DNA from: Chamaesiphon sp.
GTDB lineage: Bacteria; Cyanobacteriota; Cyanobacteriia; Cyanobacteriales; Chamaesiphonaceae
Direction: 5' to 3'
Assembly: GCA_965246715.1 (NCBI GenBank)
Contig: CBDFFH010000037.1
Location: 1 to 64,000 of the forward strand
DNA length: 64,000 nt
Each line of letters opens with the position of its first letter. The stretch's first letter is position 1. The notes under the pieces are model-generated. The model did no database searches. It was not told the DNA's origin and saw only the letters and a list, made by a program, of their open reading frames with translations. Positions 31,291-40,314 of the stretch are shown here, piece by piece. Made by a program: the position numbers and the translations under genes.

Positions 31291-31356
31291 TCTCTTTCCC
31301 TTCTCTGCGAGAGGCTACGCCAACCGGACGCTACGCGAACAGAGAGGCTCCGCCAA
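31291..31356 (+). mobile_element. Triply nested micro-element in a GCGAT^CG site
   Basis: 66 nt with three 3' tails: GGCTACGCCAA, CGCTACGCGAA and GGCTCCGCCAA. Confidence 0.8.
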
Positions 31357-31519
31357 CGAGTGCGAGATCGCAAATTTACTCTGCTTTGTAGTGGCTATCG
31401 AGTTGGCCATCGCCACTTGACATTTCTCATCGGATCGCGATGTCGGCTTGGAATCTGTACTAAAAAATACTCACTCTCCAGTGCGATTGCCGATCTACTT
31501 AATTTATTTGGAGCAACTT

Positions 31520-31783
31520 ATGATGAATACACCTTGCACCCATCTCGACCAAATTCGTCAAGTCACACCCAGCAGCACCAACGGCTGTGAAGAATGTCTC
31601 GCAATGGGCGACACTTGGGTACATCTGCGCGAGTGCCTGACTTGCGGACATGTCGCTTGTTGTGATTCGTCCAAGAATAAACATGCCACCAAACATTTTC
31701 ATACTACCGAGCATCCCATTGTGAGATCGATCGAGCCAGGTGAGGATTGGCAATGGTGCTATGTCGATAAAACCTTTGTCTAA
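31520..31783 (+). CDS. UBP-type zinc finger protein
   Basis: CTHL, CEEC, WVHLRECLTCGHVACCDSS and HATKHF motifs. Confidence 0.9.
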   Translation: MMNTPCTHLDQIRQVTPSSTNGCEECLAMGDTWVHLRECLTCGHVACCDSSKNKHATKHFHTTEHPIVRSIEPGEDWQWCYVDKTFV

Positions 31784-33082
31784 TGACTAACATCATCAAA
31801 CAGCCTTGCGATGAAGGTGCGATTCGCTCTCAACCTTGTGTGACTCCTTGCGCTCCCAGTGCCCAGGTATGGGTCTTGGTCGCGACCATTCTCGGCTCTA
31901 GTATGGCATCGATTGATAGCACGATCGTCAATGTTGCCCTGCCCACTTTCCAAACCGAACTAGGCGCAACGGCTACCGATGTCCAGTGGGTGGTCGAGTC
32001 CTACGCGCTGTTTGTCGCTGCCTTAATTCTCGTTGGCGGTGCTTTAGGCGATTACCTCCGGTAGGCTACGCCAACGGTTTGGACGGCGGCGGATCTTTAC
32101 GATCGGGGTAAGTTTATTCACCCTAGCATCTGTCTGGTGTGGATTATCGCCCAATGTGCAGCAACTAATTTGGGCGCGATCGGTACAAGGTATCGGCGGT
32201 GCTTTACTCATCCCTGGCAGTTTGGCGATTATCAGCGCGACATTTCCAGCAGAGCGACGCGGTAGGGCGATTGGGATTTGGTCTGGCTTTACAGCGATGA
32301 CCTCCGCGATCGGACCAGTATTGGGCGGCTGGTTAATCGAACATGCTTCTTGGCACTGGCTATTTTTTATTAACGTGCCGTTAGCGGCGATCTATGCTGC
32401 GTTGGCGGGAGCGTTGTTTTTTCTGCCATTTAATTTAATTCAAGTGCAGCACTACTCGCCGACAGCGGCGGGTGCAGCACTAGTACCATTTCCAATTTTG
32501 ATGTTTTTGCTGTCGCGGTGGTCTGGTGGGTTGGTCGATCGCTATGGTGCCAGAAAACCGCTCGTTGTCGGCCCGACGATTGCGGCGGTGGGACTGGGTT
32601 TGATGAGTGTACCGAGCATCGGCGGCAGCTATTGGACGACATTTTTTCCGGCAGTCATCGTGCTGGGATTGGGGATGGCAATCTGTGTGGCACCGCTGAC
32701 CACCACTGTAATGGCGGCTGTGGAAGTGCGTTATGCAGGCGCAGCTTCGGGAATTAATAATGCAGTTTCCCGCATTGCTGGTTTGGTGGCGATCGCTGTT
32801 TTGGGCATTGTCGTCGCCAATATTTTCAACGCCAGCTTAGATCGCAGCATTATCTCACTCGATCTGTCCGTACCAGCCCGACAATTTCTCGATACCCAGC
32901 GCATCAACTTAGCGGCGGCAGCAGTGCCTCCAGGCTTGAGTACGAGTGCGAGTGCCGCACTGCGGTCGGCGATCGCGCTGGCATTTGTCGATGGTTTCCG
33001 CTGGGTAATGTGGATTGCGGCGGGCTTAGCAGTTACTAGTGCCGCGATCGCGGCTCTCATGTTGGGTGAAACTCGGCAATAG
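31783..33082 (+). pseudogene. DHA2 (EmrB/QacA) MFS transporter, frameshifted and internally deleted
   Basis: DSTIVNVALP motif; removing 32053-32074 restores LGDRFGRRR; INVPLAAI runs directly into YAALAG. Confidence 0.9.
32053..32074 (+). mobile_element. 22-nt double-hairpin micro-element in a CGATCG site
   Basis: GCGAT-TACCTCCGGTAGGCTACGCCAA-CGG. Confidence 0.9.
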
Positions 33083-33155
33083 TAGAGCCGAACGTTGAGG
33101 CTACGCTTGTTTTCAAGAGAATGCGGACATTAATTAGGGGCATGAAGGAGCAAAT

Positions 33156-34347
33156 ATGGCGAATTTACTCACCAAAGCTAACGAATCATCCAGTCGGCGG
33201 TGGCGAACTCCTAGCCTCCGCAGCAGTAGTGATGAAGAACAGTTGCGTCATGCCAGTTGGATCGAATTATTCTTCGATCTGGTGTTTGTGGTCGTCATCT
33301 CAAAATTGAGCCACACGTTGTCAGCTCATCTTTCATGGATGGGATTTCTCCAGTTTGCGGCGTTATTTGTACCCTGTTGGTGGGCGTGGACGATCTATAC
33401 ATTTTATGTCGATCGCTATGACACCGATGATGTGGTGTATCGGCTGTTAATGTTGGGTGGAATGCTCGCTGTCATTTTTTTAGCAGCGAACGTGCATAAT
33501 GCCTTTGGCGACGGTGCGACTGGGTTTACGATTGCCTATGTCACGATTAGATCGATCGTCCTTGCACTATATATTCGAGCCGCTGGTTATGTCCCCATCG
33601 CTCATACCAGCGTCCGGCTCTATCTGGGTTCTTATGTGCCCAGCACGGCGTTATGGTTGGGATCGATCGCTGCACCAGCGTCGAGCCGCTTCGTGCTGTG
33701 GGCACTGGCGATGACCATCGAACTCGTGGTGCCGATCTTGGGATCGAGAATGCTGGCTAGAACCCCCGTGCATCCTTCGCATCTGCCCGAACGGTTTGGG
33801 TTATTTACGCTGATTGTGTTGGGCGAATTAGTGGTATCGGTGGCGGGTAAAATGGCCAGCGGTCACTGGGATCTGTTACAGACGATCGCGGCTGTGGGTG
33901 GATTTGCGATCGCGGCGTGTCTGTGGTGGCTTTATTTTGCCTTTTTGGAAAATGCGGTGGTAGTGCGGGGGATTGGCTCTGTACATATATAACTACGGGC
34001 ATTTACCGATTTTGATGGGGCTAGCTCTAGTGGCAGTCGGTACCGAGCAAACGATTGAATCAGCGACTCATGATGTCCTCCCAATTGGCGCAAGATGGAC
34101 GCTGTGCGGGGGGGTGGCACTGTATACAGCAGCGATTTTGATGATTTTGCTATTCACCTGCCGCCGCAACTTCTCTTGGACTACGGTGTGGGCGATCGCG
34201 ATCGCGTTAGGTTTGGCAATTTGGGGCGGTTCGTTACCACCGTTAGTTTTAGAGGGCGGTTTGCTGGCGATGTTGCTGTGGAAGGTGGGGCTAAATATCC
34301 GTAGCACTGATGCTCCCCTTAGCATTATTGAAGATGAACCGTCTTGA
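33156..34347 (+). pseudogene. ltrA: Low temperature requirement protein A family, frameshifted
   Basis: SWIELFFDLVFV and HLPERFGLFTLIVLGE motifs; frame switch in the ATATAT run near 33985 continues YNYGHLPI. Confidence 0.85.
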
Positions 34348-34745
34348 ATATCTACACTGGATTGGGTTGGAAAAAAGACAGTCATTCTATTGTGAAGCTC
34401 GCTTTCAATCGGTCGATGCGTCTATCTTTGAAGAGATTTGGCGATAAATCAATGGTGATATCTTCGCTGTAGGTTGTAGAATTACATTTCAAAGCTAAAT
34501 TTAGATAAGTTTTTAGCTATTGAATTCGCGTGTTCTTGCCGTATTATGCGTTTAGGATTGTGGGTCGCTATCGATATCGTTGACATTTAACCGCTCTACC
34601 AGTGGTCCCAAATTACGACCATAACAGTTGTTAAAATTAAAATTGTACCGATTGCAATTGATGATAACTGCATCTGTTCGGTCTAGATCCGATTTGTGAT
34701 AATGAAATTAATCAATCGCAGATTGTCCTCACACACTAGGTCACA

Positions 34746-34961
34746 ATGATGAAATTTACCCGACTAAAATCCGGCTACCAATATCTTCAACAGCAGATTT
34801 GGCAATACATCCAGCAGACAAGCGAACCCCAGACGACACAAAGATGCGAGTGAAATGGGAATGTGTACTATGAGGCTTACGATCCCAGAACTCAAGATTC
34901 GGCAACTTTTGGCTCTGAATCCAAAATTCGTTGGTGGCTAGAACAACACTATTGGCGATGA
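34746..34961 (+). pseudogene. Small cyanobacterial hypothetical protein with an internal TGA
   Basis: SEPQ..(TGA 34851)..GNVYYEAYDPRT..FGSE..IRWWLEQHY in one frame. Confidence 0.6.
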
Positions 34962-35135
34962 TTTAGCATCAAGGTCAGGCATCGAGATCGAAAATTAGCT
35001 TAGACAAAAACAAGTTTTTATGACGATCGATAGCCGCGCGATTTCGCAACGACTACTCTTCTGACTTCAAAAGTCATTTTTCCTCTATTTCGATAATCGC
35101 TCGTGGTTTGAGGAATTGTAATAAATGGTCGATCG

Positions 35136-35221
35136 TGATAACGGCACAGTTGAGCGGTAGCAGAGCACTCTAAACTCAACACCGAGATCTTTGTGCTATC
35201 GGCTTCAACGCAGTGTTGGGC
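35136..35221 (-). other. attC recombination site
   Basis: Minus strand GCCCAAC-ACTGCGTTGAAGCCGATAGC...GCTACCGCTCAACTGTGCC-GTTATCA, 10 bp after the GNAT stop. Confidence 0.75.
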
Positions 35222-35231
35222 TGCTTGGCTG

Positions 35232-35747
35232 CTAATCTTGCACAGACTCTAAAAACTTCTCCATAAAAATATTGCACGGACTATCGTTATACCTCTCAAT
35301 CGGGGAGAAACCAAGCCTTCTGTAAAGTTTGAGTGCTTGGGGTTGCTGCTCCTCATTTGCCAGGTCAAGCCTCACTTTTCGATAACCGACCTGTCTTGCA
35401 AAATCGAAGAGCATTTGAGCCATTTTCCAGCCCCAGCCCTGTCCTCGATACACCTTGAGCAACCACATCCGTTTAAGTTCGCAAATTTCGTCATCGAGTT
35501 TTCGGATTCCCCCAGTACCAACAACCTGCTCGTTGTCCACTAGCACCAAGAACATCCCACCGTTGTCAAAATAGTGAAATCGCACCTGCTCGATATCAGA
35601 CATCGAATCATAACGCTTCACATCTTCTTCATTCAGAATATCCTGCCAAATGTCCAGACATACGGCGGTAACGACCTGCTTGGCTTGTTCGATCTGATGC
35701 TGTTGAATTGGTCCGATCTCAACCATTGGGATTTCTATAAGTGTCAC
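35232..35747 (-). CDS. GNAT family N-acetyltransferase (cassette gene)
   Basis: CELKRMW, YRGQGWG and LYRRLGF motifs. Confidence 0.9.
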   Translation of the reverse strand: MTLIEIPMVEIGPIQQHQIEQAKQVVTAVCLDIWQDILNEEDVKRYDSMSDIEQVRFHYFDNGGMFLVLVDNEQVVGTGGIRKLDDEICELKRMWLLKVYRGQGWGWKMAQMLFDFARQVGYRKVRLDLANEEQQPQALKLYRRLGFSPIERYNDSPCNIFMEKFLESVQD

Positions 35748-36661
35748 TACTCACCAATCACTTGACTTTGTTCAGGTGCATTGGGATTGTTATACGGCGA
35801 TCGACGACTACTTTTATTTCCAGCTTTACGACCCAATATATACAAAGTCGTGAGATCGTCCCAGATTCCCTCCTCAGTTTGGAGAGATTCTAGTTCTGCA
35901 TCAAATTCTGCTTTGGCTTGCGCCAACTGTGCTGATGAGAGTTGCGACAACCCATTGCCTAATACCTTGAGAGAGGTAGATGAAGGCTGCACAACAACCC
36001 CCTCCCAAGTTGCTTTTGCTCTCTCTAGGTTCGTGTAGCTGCCGTGTTGCTCTGTTTTGATTTCAACTGCCTCAAAACCAGCATCGATCGATAAAGCTTG
36101 GCACTGCTCAACGGAGCCGATCCGATTACTAGCTTCTAGTGAAACGCCATACTTTGCAAACACTTTTCGTAAGACAACAGCCCCAATATACGCTGTATCA
36201 GCAGGAGTATGAATCCCGATTCGACCACCAGGCTTGAGAAGTCGATGCCACAGCCGTAAGGTCGCTTCTTTATCTTCCATCCAAGGAAATGTGTTTGCAC
36301 ACAAAATATGGTCGAAATGATTGACTGGATAATCGAGAGCCTCAGCATCTGCAAGTTGGAACTCCACATTACCGAGTCCCAATGCGTTAACTTTGCTCTG
36401 TGCTCGATCTAGCATTCCGGCAGAAATATCGATTCCAATCACCTGCCCCTGCTCACCGACGATTTGAGCCGCCGCAATCGCGAGATGACCTGTGCCTGTG
36501 CCAATATCTAAAACTGTTTGTCCAGCAACAACCTGTGAATATTCAAGCAGACGACGACAAATTTGAACGTGCCATTCGCTATTGTCATAGGTTTGACTTC
36601 TGCGATCGTAAGAATCCGCCACCCCTTGCTTGTAGTCGTTTAATTCAAGTTGGTTCACCAT
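35747..36661 (-). CDS. Class I SAM methyltransferase (cassette gene)
   Basis: VLDIGTGTG, GIDISAGML and LLKPGG motifs; the C-terminal tail reads through an attC remnant. Confidence 0.9.
   Translation of the reverse strand: MVNQLELNDYKQGVADSYDRRSQTYDNSEWHVQICRRLLEYSQVVAGQTVLDIGTGTGHLAIAAAQIVGEQGQVIGIDISAGMLDRAQSKVNALGLGNVEFQLADAEALDYPVNHFDHILCANTFPWMEDKEATLRLWHRLLKPGGRIGIHTPADTAYIGAVVLRKVFAKYGVSLEASNRIGSVEQCQALSIDAGFEAVEIKTEQHGSYTNLERAKATWEGVVVQPSSTSLKVLGNGLSQLSSAQLAQAKAEFDAELESLQTEEGIWDDLTTLYILGRKAGNKSSRRSPYNNPNAPEQSQVIGE
35772..35798 (-). other. Truncated attC (left arm)
   Basis: Minus strand GCCGTATAAC-AATCCCAATGCACC; 9/10 complementary to the cassette start GTTATGCGGC. Confidence 0.65.
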
Positions 36662-36759
36662 CCGAGATTTGCCTCAACAACGACCGAGCCTAACGCCAAT
36701 TTAACTCTAATTGACCCACCGAGAACTTGTAACTACCACCCTCACCAACGGACTGAGCC

Positions 36760-36847
36760 GCATAACGTTCCGGTTGAGCGGCAGCAGATCGACCATAGCG
36801 CTCAACGAAAAGACTCTCAACTGTCCGCTCCAATCGGGTTGTTAGCT
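36760..36847 (-). other. attC recombination site
   Basis: Minus strand AGCTAAC-AACCCGATTGGAGCGGAC...GCCGCTCAACCGGAAC-GTTATGC; the hydrolase stop lies in the inverse core. Confidence 0.85.
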
Positions 36848-37540
36848 GGCTGTCGCCAACTCGCTGAGTATAGATGCTAGATGCGCTGGACGAGACAAAT
36901 ACGGGCAGTGCCCACCCGGTAACTCAACGACCTCTACTCCAAAACGCTCGCCAAAGGCGCGACGACTCCAACTTGAATTAATGGTTCTGTCTTTCGAGCA
37001 AGCAACGTAAGACGAACTCACGTGCGGAAACTCGTTCAATGGAAACGTTTCATTCATTGCGGCTTCTGCATACATCAAGATTCGGGTATTCAATGCCCAT
37101 TCTGCAACTTCATCAGAGCAGTCGTGAAACAAAAACTGCATGGCAAGTTCAACATCTTGAGAAGGGTCTTTTCCGGCTTGTCCGATCTCAATCCATTCAG
37201 GTTGGAACATATCGGGATCGGTACTCCTGAACTGACCAAAGATACTGGCTCCCAGCTTAGGAATAACAGCCGCCAGATAAATTAGATGGCGAACGGGTTT
37301 TAGGTGTGCAACCAACGGTAAAAACGCACCACTTGCTGAATGACCCACGACGATCGCATCATCGGCTTGGTCAATTGACTGAGTGATAATTTCTGCGTAT
37401 TCCATTCCACTGGCATTGCGTCGATCAGTTGGCAGATTCATTCTTACAGTTTGATGTCCCAACTCCTCCAGTTCAGGAATGAGCAAATCCCAACAGGAAG
37501 CATTCTGAGTTGAGCCATGCACTAGACAGAATAAACTCAT
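36842..37540 (-). CDS. Alpha/beta hydrolase (cassette gene)
   Basis: LVHG, VGHSASG and GGHCPYLSRP motifs. Confidence 0.9.
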   Translation of the reverse strand: MSLFCLVHGSTQNASCWDLLIPELEELGHQTVRMNLPTDRRNASGMEYAEIITQSIDQADDAIVVGHSASGAFLPLVAHLKPVRHLIYLAAVIPKLGASIFGQFRSTDPDMFQPEWIEIGQAGKDPSQDVELAMQFLFHDCSDEVAEWALNTRILMYAEAAMNETFPLNEFPHVSSSYVACSKDRTINSSWSRRAFGERFGVEVVELPGGHCPYLSRPAHLASILSELATAS

Positions 37541-37627
37541 GACCTTATCCCGTTTTTCTTCTGCTAACTACGATCTTGAAATACCCACAGATGATCTTCA
37601 TACTACTGCCCCTACCGATGAATTCAA

Positions 37628-37778
37628 GCCAGCTAACTATTATTAGGCGGAAAGTTTCCGCCTATTCACCCAAATTTGGGTAGATAGACTGAAAAATTCA
37701 GCATATTCCCTATATAAAAGCAGAATGTTTCTGCCTATCATCCTATTTAAGGTGGATTTACTGAATTTTTCAATATAT
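37628..37778 (-). repeat. Four 23-bp palindromes ending in a GTT core (attI-like or long attC-like site)
   Basis: Units at 37643, 37684, 37716 and 37756; minus strand ends GGCGGAAACTTTCCGCCTAATAATA-GTTAGCTGGC. Confidence 0.7.
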
Positions 37779-37824
37779 TGAAACATTATGCAAAATCCCC
37801 TAAGAAGCTGCTAGGGCAAACAGG

Positions 37825-38034
37825 GTAGAGTGGGCATTGACCACCAACTAGGTTTCAGGCAGCGTCGGTCGACACAAAACTAATCTTTAATTGCTAAAAT
37901 TCGATCGATACGATTTAGCCACAGTTAGAGTCAACTGTGCGATCGCCAACTATCCGAGCAGCGATTTGAAGGCGATGGTTAGATTTAAAGTTAGTATTGT
38001 TTCAAACCTGTGCGGTTGGCACTGCCCACCCTAC
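37825..38034. repeat. Inverted pair of GTAG-type REP units (REPIN-like)
   Basis: GTAGAGTGGGCATTGACCACC and, on the minus strand, GTAGGGTGGGCAGTGCCAACC. Confidence 0.65.
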
Positions 38035-38095
38035 AAAACCTAGAAAAGACTCAACATCCAGCAGGCTATTGAGTCTTTTCGCTAATTGCCATGCA

Positions 38096-38178
38096 GCCCA
38101 ACACTGCGGTGCAGCGGACAGCCACAAGCCTCTGGTTTTGAGTTCGAGGTTGTCTGCTGCTGACCTGTGCCGTTGGAC
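38096..38178 (+). other. attC recombination site
   Basis: GCCCAAC-ACTGCGGTGCAGCGGACAG...CTGCTGCTGACCTGTGCC-GTTGGAC; same type as 35136-35221. Confidence 0.75.
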
Positions 38179-38316
38179 CGGAAGATTGTTTACTTGGGTG
38201 TAGCTCAAAGGCATTGGCATGAACTCATCGATCTATCAAACTAAAATTCAGCTTTAACAAGTAGCTGATAACGACGCACAAACAACAGGCGATCTCGATC
38301 TTATGAGGCAATAAAG

Positions 38317-39519
38317 ATGAAACTGTTCGATCCAACCAGACACTATCCACTCTTACAGCTAGACTGGAATCGCAATACGGCTCAACAAGCAATTACCGCG
38401 ATCGTCCATGAAACTATCGCTCAACTGCAAACTGCGCCGTTGCTGCCCGGACACCCGATGGACGATGGAGAGTTTGGTAGCGACCTGTACTTTGGTAAAG
38501 CTGGAGTGCTATGGGCGATCGATTATCTGCAAACCGTCGGTGCAGTTGACTCAACTTTTGATGTAGCCACTCATCTCGATGTAACACTCGCCCAAAATCG
38601 GCAGCATTATCCCCAGGTCAGTCCCTATCCAGAGCAGTCGTCTTATCTATTTGGAGAACTGCCACTGCTGCTACTGCAATATAAGTTATCTCCCTCAGCA
38701 GACAAAGCTACCCAAATCTGGGACTCGATTCACAAGAACGACTCCCAGCCCATTCGAGAGCTGATGTGGGGCATCGCAGGCTCGATGCTAGCTGCTTACT
38801 TTATGTATCAGTGGACGCAGGAATCAAGATGGCAAGAGGTCTTCAAATTCCAAGCAGGTTTACTGCTCCACGAGTGGCAACCCGTTGGTGAAGCTGGGTA
38901 TTTGTGGACGATCGATTTGTACGGTAGCCAGCAGCAATGGCTGGGACCCATACATGGTTTTGCCAGCAACTTAACGCCATTGCTGGTCGGACGATCCTTA
39001 TTGACCGATGAGGAATTTCAAGACATCTCAACCAAAGCGATGATGACTGTGGTTCAGACCGCAGTGACGGGGGATGACGGCGCAAACTGGGCAGCAGTTT
39101 ATGACGCAGCAAATCCTAGTCAAACTCCAAATCTAGTCCAGTACTGTCATGGCGCACCTGGAATAGTCACGGCTTTGGCAATGCTACCGCAAGGGATCGA
39201 TGAGCGATTCGATCTCATTTTGGAGCAGGGTGGAGAACTGACTTGGCAAGCAGGTCCATTGAAGAAGGGATCGAATTTGTGTCATGGTACGGGAGGCAAT
39301 GGCTATGCCTTTCTCAAGCTCTTTATCCGCACTGGGAAACAGATGTGGCTCGATCGCGCTAGAGTCTTTGCAATGCACGCCATCGAACAGTACCGCCTGT
39401 CGCAGCAACTCTATGGGCAGTTGCGCTATCCGCTCTGGACAGGAGATCTTGGTTTAGCAATTTATCTCTGGGACTGCCTAGAAGCACAGGCGAAGTTTCC
39501 CACGATCGACCTATTTTAG
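38317..39519 (+). CDS. LanC-like (lanthionine synthetase C family) protein
   Basis: LYFGKAG, LMWGIAG, HGFAS, YCHGAPG, LCHGTGGNGY and LWTG.LG motifs. Confidence 0.9.
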   Translation: MKLFDPTRHYPLLQLDWNRNTAQQAITAIVHETIAQLQTAPLLPGHPMDDGEFGSDLYFGKAGVLWAIDYLQTVGAVDSTFDVATHLDVTLAQNRQHYPQVSPYPEQSSYLFGELPLLLLQYKLSPSADKATQIWDSIHKNDSQPIRELMWGIAGSMLAAYFMYQWTQESRWQEVFKFQAGLLLHEWQPVGEAGYLWTIDLYGSQQQWLGPIHGFASNLTPLLVGRSLLTDEEFQDISTKAMMTVVQTAVTGDDGANWAAVYDAANPSQTPNLVQYCHGAPGIVTALAMLPQGIDERFDLILEQGGELTWQAGPLKKGSNLCHGTGGNGYAFLKLFIRTGKQMWLDRARVFAMHAIEQYRLSQQLYGQLRYPLWTGDLGLAIYLWDCLEAQAKFPTIDLF

Positions 39520-39593
39520 TGGTATCTTAGTAAACCTTTAATTAGAATAAAACGCAAAGATAATCTATTTTTGGAAGCTGGGAGCCAACGATT

Positions 39594-40226
39594 TTGTACG
39601 GAGCAGATCCGAAAGACAAGCATCCAATGAAGGGGTTTCCGCAAATCTGCTTTATTCAGAACACGGTGTCGAATCCTAATATCATTGTTGGAGATTACAC
39701 GTATTACGACGATCCAGAAGATTCAGAAAACTTCGAGCGGAACGTTTTGTACCATTTCCCGTTCATTGGCGATCGCTTAATCATCGGAAAGTTTTGCGCT
39801 TTGGCAAGAGGCGTAAAGTTCATCATGAATGGTGCCAATCACAAGTTGGACGGGTTTTCGACTTATCCGTTTCAAATTTTCGGCAACGGTTGGGAAAAAG
39901 TCACCCCTCAAACTGGAGAACTGCCCTACAAAGGCGATACGGAAATCGGCAATGATGTGTGGATTGGCTATGATGCCATGATTATGCCAGGGGTGCAGAT
40001 GGGAGACGGAGCGATCGTTGCCGCAAAGTCAGTTGTTGTAGGCGATATTTCACCCTATACGATTGTTGGCGGTAATCCAGCCAAGTGTATCCGCCAACGC
40101 TTTGACGATCGAACGATCCAAGCATTGCTTGAAGTTGCTTGGTGGGATTGGGACATTGAGAAAATTACGCGCAATTTGGAAAAGATTGTAGCGGCAAATA
40201 TTGAAGATCTAAAAAATTGTAAATAG
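39594..40226 (+). CDS. vat: Vat family streptogramin A O-acetyltransferase (hexapeptide XAT)
   Basis: GDYTYYDD, LYHFPFIGD, MNGANH, STYPF, GNDVWIG and WWDW motifs. Confidence 0.85.
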   Translation: MYGADPKDKHPMKGFPQICFIQNTVSNPNIIVGDYTYYDDPEDSENFERNVLYHFPFIGDRLIIGKFCALARGVKFIMNGANHKLDGFSTYPFQIFGNGWEKVTPQTGELPYKGDTEIGNDVWIGYDAMIMPGVQMGDGAIVAAKSVVVGDISPYTIVGGNPAKCIRQRFDDRTIQALLEVAWWDWDIEKITRNLEKIVAANIEDLKNCK

Positions 40227-40314
40227 CACAGTAAAATAAATCTGTTAGAGCAGATTGACTGTGGCGTTAGATCGATCGATTGATTGGAATTCAGCATTAA
40301 AGTCTGTTGCTACA

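Noticed and set aside
33077..33106. Extra micro-element or attC (GCCGAAC..GAGGCTACGC)
   Set aside because: Lacks the first hairpin, the CCAA end and the CGAT^CG context.
37997..38220. Small ORFs as lanthipeptide precursors
   Set aside because: They are translations of the REP and attC palindromes and have no recognisable leader.
39581..39589. Inverse core closing a LanC cassette (GGAGCCAAC)
   Set aside because: Weak match to the expected CGGTCCAAC, and no attC hairpin follows.
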